Positions 27,490-32,000 of a stretch of DNA of 32,000 nucleotides are shown here, piece by piece. Under the pieces are notes generated by a model. It did no database searches. It was not told the origin of the DNA and worked only from the letters and a program-made list of their open reading frames with translations. This DNA comes from Candidatus Saccharimonadota bacterium (GTDB lineage: Bacteria > Patescibacteriota > Saccharimonadia > Saccharimonadales > UBA4665): NCBI GenBank assembly GCA_016699955.1, contig CP064993.1, forward strand, positions 1,140,001 through 1,172,000, read 5' to 3'. Positions within the stretch are counted from its first letter, which is position 1, and each line of letters begins with the position of its first letter. The translations under genes and the position numbers were made by a program.

Positions 27490-29109
27490 TTATTTTGCCT
27501 TGCGACGAAGCCAGTATGAGCTTTGCCGCACTAGCTTGTTGGCGTCGCGCGGATGAGCGAGTAGTTGCTTGACAACCTCTTCGGCAAAGACACCGTTTTG
27601 AGAGCCTTTTACTAGTACAACTGCACCTGTTTTCAGGTGCTTGCGCACAAAGGCGGCACAGGCAGTCTGGCTAGAAAAACTGTGCACAACACAGCCGTTT
27701 TTACGCGCCGATGGAGCTAACCAGCGCTGAGAATCACTGCCGAGTGTCAGAACAAAATCAAGCTTGTTTGGTTCACAGTAGCTACCGACTTCGGTATGTG
27801 CTTCTTTTGAGTACGCACCTAGCTCGTTCATACTACCAAGTACAGCAATCCGCTGAGTTGCACGCGACCCATATACTACGTCTAAAGCCGCTTTTACGGC
27901 TATTGGTGATGAATTATATGTATCATCTATAAGCTTACTGTTTTTTATACCGTCCAGCACTTGAATACGTCCAGCAGATGGTTCAAGCTCCTTTATGGCT
28001 TCGGCTATGCTAGCGTGTTTCAGGCCCAACATATCCGCCACCGCAGCTGCGGCAAGCACGCTTGATGCGCCCTGCTGCCCGACAAGCTTTGTATGCGCAT
28101 CTATAACCCCGGACGGAGTCTGTATCTGTAAAAACTGACCTCCCAAGTTAACTCGGCTCGACTCTGCGTAGTACCCGTGCGCTGAACCTTTGCGTAAACT
28201 GTAGGTAGTGGACGAGCGGCCAACCAGTAACTTCGGCGCTACAGCGTCAGCATTGACCAGCACGAAGCCACTGTAGTCAAATACCTTGGTTTCTTCTGCC
28301 GCAACCGCCTCGAGCGTACCAAAATATGCCATATGTTCTGGAGCAACTGCCGTCAAGACAGTAATATCCGGCCGGGTGTAGGCAAAACGCTGCATCTGGC
28401 CGGGTTTATCAGTACCAAGTTCGATTACTACCACGTCGTACGGGTAGGGGTGGTGGAGGCTTGCGGCAATTTCACCGAATACGCGCATCCAGGCAAAGGG
28501 ATTCAATAAAGGCGGCTCCTCTTGACCAAAAAAGATAAGTGGTACGGTAACTCGGTCATTGTAATTACCTGACTGGTATTGCACGCGCACATTCTGGCCG
28601 AGTAGTTGGGCGGTTGCCAGCTTTGTACTAGTTTTGCCTACTGAACCAGCGACGGCTACAACTGTAAATCGATGTTTTTGGCGAAGTCGTATGACCTGAC
28701 TTTCCAATATGTTTGCAACAATTGCTTTCCCGAGTAGTTTTGGATGAATGACGTAGTACAAGCTTCGTATCACAACGGCACATATGACAAAAAGTGTCAC
28801 GAGCAGGAGCGGCCCTCCAATAATTATCGCCAGACCAAACGCCCACGATCCCACCGTTCCCTGGGTAACCCATTTCCATAGCAACGCACCACCCGCAGCA
28901 TAGGTTGCCAGCAGCACACTTTGCATTAATCTTAGAAGCGACTTATCTGTTTGTAGCTGGTTTGGATGGGCTACGCGAAACGTTTTTGTTCGTCCAAACC
29001 AGCGTAAAAATGGTAACAATTGCTCATTATGCACGCGCCATGCCGCTAATACATTTGCTGGAAAATGTAGCGCGTAAAAACGCTGAACCGCCCACCAGGT
29101 TTTCTTCAT
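27490..29109 (-). CDS. MurF-type Mur ligase paralog B with N-terminal PFLRW + 2-TM module
   Basis: P-loop VAGSVGKTS; LTAVAPEHM; LIDDTYNSSP. The N-terminus is homologous to paralog A (FYA, PFLRW, LLRL, two TM helices). Start at MKKTWW (29109); the longer ORF would run through a terminator hairpin. Confidence 0.75.
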   Translation of the reverse strand: MKKTWWAVQRFYALHFPANVLAAWRVHNEQLLPFLRWFGRTKTFRVAHPNQLQTDKSLLRLMQSVLLATYAAGGALLWKWVTQGTVGSWAFGLAIIIGGPLLLVTLFVICAVVIRSLYYVIHPKLLGKAIVANILESQVIRLRQKHRFTVVAVAGSVGKTSTKLATAQLLGQNVRVQYQSGNYNDRVTVPLIFFGQEEPPLLNPFAWMRVFGEIAASLHHPYPYDVVVIELGTDKPGQMQRFAYTRPDITVLTAVAPEHMAYFGTLEAVAAEETKVFDYSGFVLVNADAVAPKLLVGRSSTTYSLRKGSAHGYYAESSRVNLGGQFLQIQTPSGVIDAHTKLVGQQGASSVLAAAAVADMLGLKHASIAEAIKELEPSAGRIQVLDGIKNSKLIDDTYNSSPIAVKAALDVVYGSRATQRIAVLGSMNELGAYSKEAHTEVGSYCEPNKLDFVLTLGSDSQRWLAPSARKNGCVVHSFSSQTACAAFVRKHLKTGAVVLVKGSQNGVFAEEVVKQLLAHPRDANKLVRQSSYWLRRKAK

Positions 29110-29121
29110 GATTCTATTTTT

Positions 29122-29162
29122 GCACAAAATGCCCCTCGTGTCACGAAACACGGGGGCATTTT
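29122..29162 (-). terminator. intrinsic terminator after the 500-aa membrane protein gene
   Basis: ATGCCCC(C)GTGT ttcgtg ACACG(A)GGGGCAT is a 12-bp stem, followed by TTTTGTG on the minus strand. Confidence 0.7.
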
Positions 29163-29187
29163 GCAGACTGGTTTGTCGTACAGTTTT

Positions 29188-30690
29188 CTACAGGCTGTTC
29201 GTTGAGTCAGTGAATGCGCCAAGGACGCTGTCGCCGCTAAATCCAAGTTGATTCATGACTGTAGTTATTGGAGTCGATCCGGCGGGCATCTCTACGGTAA
29301 GGTCATCCTTGCTTGGAGTAAAAGTAAATTTGCCAGTTATTGTTGCCGTGCTACCCTCCGAACCCACTTCTACGTTCACATCAAAGTTGGTTATATCCGT
29401 TTTGGTATCTACAGACATACCGAGGTCAAATGATCCTGTTTGACCAGAGGTATCGGTAGTAAATTTGATCCCAACAGGATAGACTGAACCCTCCGTGTAA
29501 TTCTGGTAAATAGTGAGTCTGGTTTTGTCATCATCTGGATCAGAGAAAACCAAGCTATGTATTAGTTTAGTCTGTTCGTCGACGTACACGTCAAATACGT
29601 AGTCGTCTTTTGCATCGTCAATGCTTTTCTCGAGCTCCTTAAGCTGCATGGACTGACTGAAGCTTTCGTCTGACTGGTTTTTGTACCAGTCGTTGAGTTT
29701 ACTTTCGTCAAGAGCTTTTCCAACCGCCTTAACATACGCCTTCATATTGGTCTTGCTGTAAGTTGCCTTGTACTGCATGACGTCCCGGCCATCTGCAGTT
29801 GATTTACCTTCAAAGCTTTTGTACTGTACGACGCCCTTTGTACTATTGTCTGTAAAGAGATATTCCTTGTTGACGACCTGAACCTTTGCCAATGCATCCT
29901 GCATCTGTTCTGTTGTTGGATTTGTTTTCAGGCTTGCTCCCGCCGCTTGGCTTGCCACTGAGTCAAGCAACGTGTGGTCGATAGCAATCCATTTGTCCTC
30001 GACTGTCGCTGCCTGCGATGGTTGCGCACCGAGGCCTTGTAGCATATCTGCTGCGCCGTCAAGCTTGATATACATGTCCGGATTATCTGAACCCTCGGCG
30101 TCTATCATGCGAAAATCTGCCTTCAGCTTCTGACCAACGATATTTGCATCCATGGTTAGATCGGCTTCCTTATCGCTCATATTTCCCTTTGTTGTAATAT
30201 CGAAGCTCACATCAGGCGACTTTACATTGATGGTGCCGTTTACTACAAAGCTCGGTGATGGCGATTTTGCTTCTTCTTGGACGTACTCTATGAGCTTATC
30301 GAGTGCCTTCCCGCTTTGTGTTAAGCTCTTACTAAAGACTGCTTCTGGCTTATTTGGCAGATACAGACCAAAGACATACCCAGCTGCAAGCAACACCGTA
30401 AGTGCGCCACCAGCCAAGGCAGGAATCAGCCACTTTTTCTTTCTTCCAGGGCCACCTGAACCACCGGGAGATGCCGTGAATACTGGGCTTTGTTGCACAC
30501 CACCTCCAACAACAGGGCTACCTGAGACGACAGGCGTAGTAACCTGTGGCGTAGACATGACTTCAGGTGCAGATTGTGTTGGCGCCGAAGGCTGTTCTGG
30601 AGCGAAATTATCCACTGTGGGCGGAACAGACCCCGTGGGGGCAGGGCCGTCCGTCGGATTGGTTGATTGAGAAGGGTTTGTTGGCTCCAT
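29188..30690 (-). CDS. hypothetical membrane-anchored protein (Pro/Thr/Ser-rich N-terminus, one TM helix, large C-terminal domain)
   Basis: 500 aa. About 85 aa of P/T/S/G-rich sequence, then RKKKWLIPALAGGALTVLLAAGYVFGLYL, then a ~390-aa domain with no recognisable motif. Confidence 0.65.
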   Translation of the reverse strand: MEPTNPSQSTNPTDGPAPTGSVPPTVDNFAPEQPSAPTQSAPEVMSTPQVTTPVVSGSPVVGGGVQQSPVFTASPGGSGGPGRKKKWLIPALAGGALTVLLAAGYVFGLYLPNKPEAVFSKSLTQSGKALDKLIEYVQEEAKSPSPSFVVNGTINVKSPDVSFDITTKGNMSDKEADLTMDANIVGQKLKADFRMIDAEGSDNPDMYIKLDGAADMLQGLGAQPSQAATVEDKWIAIDHTLLDSVASQAAGASLKTNPTTEQMQDALAKVQVVNKEYLFTDNSTKGVVQYKSFEGKSTADGRDVMQYKATYSKTNMKAYVKAVGKALDESKLNDWYKNQSDESFSQSMQLKELEKSIDDAKDDYVFDVYVDEQTKLIHSLVFSDPDDDKTRLTIYQNYTEGSVYPVGIKFTTDTSGQTGSFDLGMSVDTKTDITNFDVNVEVGSEGSTATITGKFTFTPSKDDLTVEMPAGSTPITTVMNQLGFSGDSVLGAFTDSTNSL

Positions 30691-30947
30691 AGAAGTATAA
30701 CTCCATAACGCTTACGTAATAATATTGGTAGTATAACCTCAGTTCGGCATAAGTACTACCGGTTTCCCATAATTATAACCCCAGCCCAGTGTAAGCACCA
30801 CTGTTAGCGCCTTTGGGCGTTAAGCGAGCCAGTGCGAAACCTTCAGTGCTTCACGGTTCTGCCGGCCGAGCAGGCTGACCGGTGCGATATGCGTGACCAC
30901 TAGAAATCGCCAGAACAATACGCTACACTATCTCTGTTCTAAAAAAT

Positions 30948-31024
30948 GGGGCTGTAGCTCAGTTGGCTAGAGCGCTTCCATGGCATGGAAGAGGTCCAGG
31001 GTTCGAGTCCCTGTAGCTCCACCA
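30948..31024 (+). tRNA. tRNA-Ala (anticodon GGC), CCA encoded
   Basis: GGGGCTG TA GCTC AGTTGGCTA GAGC G CTTCC ATGGCAT GGAAG AGGTC CAGGG TTCGAGT CCCTG TAGCTCC A CCA. The G3:U70 identity pair is present. Confidence 0.9.
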
Positions 31025-31034
31025 CGCTGTCCAA

Positions 31035-31068
31035 TAAAAAAATGCCCCGATACTTTTCGGGGCATTTT
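31035..31068. terminator. bidirectional intrinsic terminator
   Basis: ATGCCCCGA tacttt TCGGGGCAT is a 9-bp stem flanked by an A-run and a T-run. It lies between tRNA-Ala (+) and a small minus-strand gene. Confidence 0.75.
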
Positions 31069-31078
31069 GTAAATCAGT

Positions 31079-31270
31079 CTATGCTGGTTTTGCCGCGGAC
31101 ATTTCCTGAGAATGCTTGCTTTTATGTTTTGTACTTTCAAACCCATGGTAACGCTCAAAGTGAACATGGTTTACAACCGATGCAAGTTTGTGCCCATCAT
31201 GTTTATGAAACAGGCTGCGGGCGCGACTGACACTTTTGCACTGATGTCGCAATTTTTCTCGTAATGACAT
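31079..31270 (-). CDS. hypothetical small His/Lys-rich protein (63 aa)
   Basis: Strong SD GGAGG 8 nt upstream of the ATG. 9 His in 63 aa. No family recognised. Confidence 0.5.
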   Translation of the reverse strand: MSLREKLRHQCKSVSRARSLFHKHDGHKLASVVNHVHFERYHGFESTKHKSKHSQEMSAAKPA

Positions 31271-31319
31271 AGTTACATCCTCCTAGCAGATTAGTAATAG
31301 ACATTTAAAATATGTAAAA

Positions 31320-31682
31320 CTACTCCAGAACCGCAACCATTCTCCTCGGCAGCTCGGCAGTAATATCTTCTACAGACTCTCTATCAAACAGCTCACTGAT
31401 GGCTTGCCAGGCCGCGCGAACATAATCTCGCGCACTGCGTTCATCGACATCATCTATATCCATAAACTGTTCAATAATATCGTCGTCGAGCGTACTCGCT
31501 GTGGGTACCATCATGGCTGCTGAGCGCAGTTCCTCGGGGAGTTTGGCCGCAAAACCACGACGCGTATAGTCAGTTAGGTGCATAGCCACGTTTTCCACCA
31601 CGAGTTCGAGTGCATCCTGCGACACCCCATCGCGTGAGTTTGCCAGTTTTTTTATTTTATTGATGAGAACATGATATTTCAT
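31320..31682 (-). CDS. DUF2267-like protein
   Basis: 120 aa with two half-repeats ending in ..KLPEELRS.. and ..ELPRRMVAVL, as in DUF2267 proteins. SD AAAGGGGA upstream. Confidence 0.55.
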   Translation of the reverse strand: MKYHVLINKIKKLANSRDGVSQDALELVVENVAMHLTDYTRRGFAAKLPEELRSAAMMVPTASTLDDDIIEQFMDIDDVDERSARDYVRAAWQAISELFDRESVEDITAELPRRMVAVLE

Positions 31683-31824
31683 TATGTTTTCCCCTTTCCA
31701 GCTACTACTATGCGCTATAGTGCTTACAAAAAACTATGAGCTATATTACATTTGGCGAGATTTATTTGGTAAAACGGAACTGTTTATGGTATGATGGTAG
31801 TCTTATCGTAAGATAAGTAGACAT

Positions 31825-32000
31825 GGGGCTGAATTTTAAGCTCGACGTTGGTACCTTTCGGTCATGAATGCAGGTCGCTTGTCAGCGTTATAGGCAAAAC
31901 TCAGTAATTGCAAAATTCACTGATAAGCTAGTTAGCCTCAAAGAGAGTGCGCAAGCATTTCTTTTTGGACGCCAGCTGGCATACAACGTAGCCTAAACAC
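31825..32000 (+). ncRNA. ssrA: tmRNA (SsrA), 5' part; continues beyond the right edge
   Basis: GGGGCTGAATTTTAAGCTCGACG matches the tmRNA 5' acceptor/tRNA-like consensus (GGGGCUGA...UCGACG). It has the same GGGGCUG acceptor start as the tRNA-Ala. TGgTATGAT extended -10 at 31787-31795. Candidate tag frames lie downstream. Confidence 0.8.

Noticed and set aside
30152-30670. 172-aa plus-strand ORF
   Set aside because: It is antisense to the 500-aa membrane protein gene. Its open frame is a consequence of the Pro/Gly-rich coding strand opposite.
31893-31925. Short tmRNA tag frames GKTQ* and AKLSNCKIH**
   Set aside because: GKTQ is too short for a degradation tag. AKLSNCKIH has an attractive double stop but lacks the usual hydrophobic/Ala C-terminus. 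Both are kept as alternatives only; they cannot be resolved without the rest of the RNA.

Overview
Gene-dense chromosomal window with about 38 protein genes, 2 tRNAs, the 5' part of a tmRNA and one IS element; most genes are on the minus strand. The core is housekeeping: a TyrA-like dehydrogenase, hom-lysC-asd plus a stand-alone riboflavin kinase, pgi, 5-formyl-THF cyclo-ligase, pyrD, Ni-superoxide dismutase with its maturation protease, trmD, a KH protein, rpsP, rnc, a Nudix hydrolase, nusB, rpmF, leuS, ddl and two MurF-type ligases. Several housekeeping proteins carry low-complexity tails, and rimM is missing from the rpsP-KH-trmD cluster. This style suggests a reduced-genome lineage, possibly Patescibacteria/Saccharibacteria-like or another Terrabacteria group, but that is inference only. 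There are two accessory parts. One is a ~2-kb islet beside tRNA-Gln, bounded by copies of the tRNA 3' end, carrying a Fic protein with Gln in place of the catalytic His. The other is an IS481-like element with a 14-bp target duplication and a split transposase. Best candidates for new biology: (1) a trp/phe-style attenuator with a YYY leader peptide and mutually exclusive 1:2 / 2:3 / 3:4 pairings in front of the TyrA-like gene; (2) a -10 hexamer (mostly TATACT) 6-8 nt upstream of the ATG at eight genes, implying widespread leaderless expression; (3) a ddl-linked operon with two paralogous MurF-type ligases whose N-terminal domain is replaced by a conserved PFLRW + 2-TM module, separated by an alpha/beta hydrolase; (4) an orphan promoter-terminator unit (candidate ~100-nt sRNA) beside tRNA-Gln. 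No CRISPR array or rRNA was seen.
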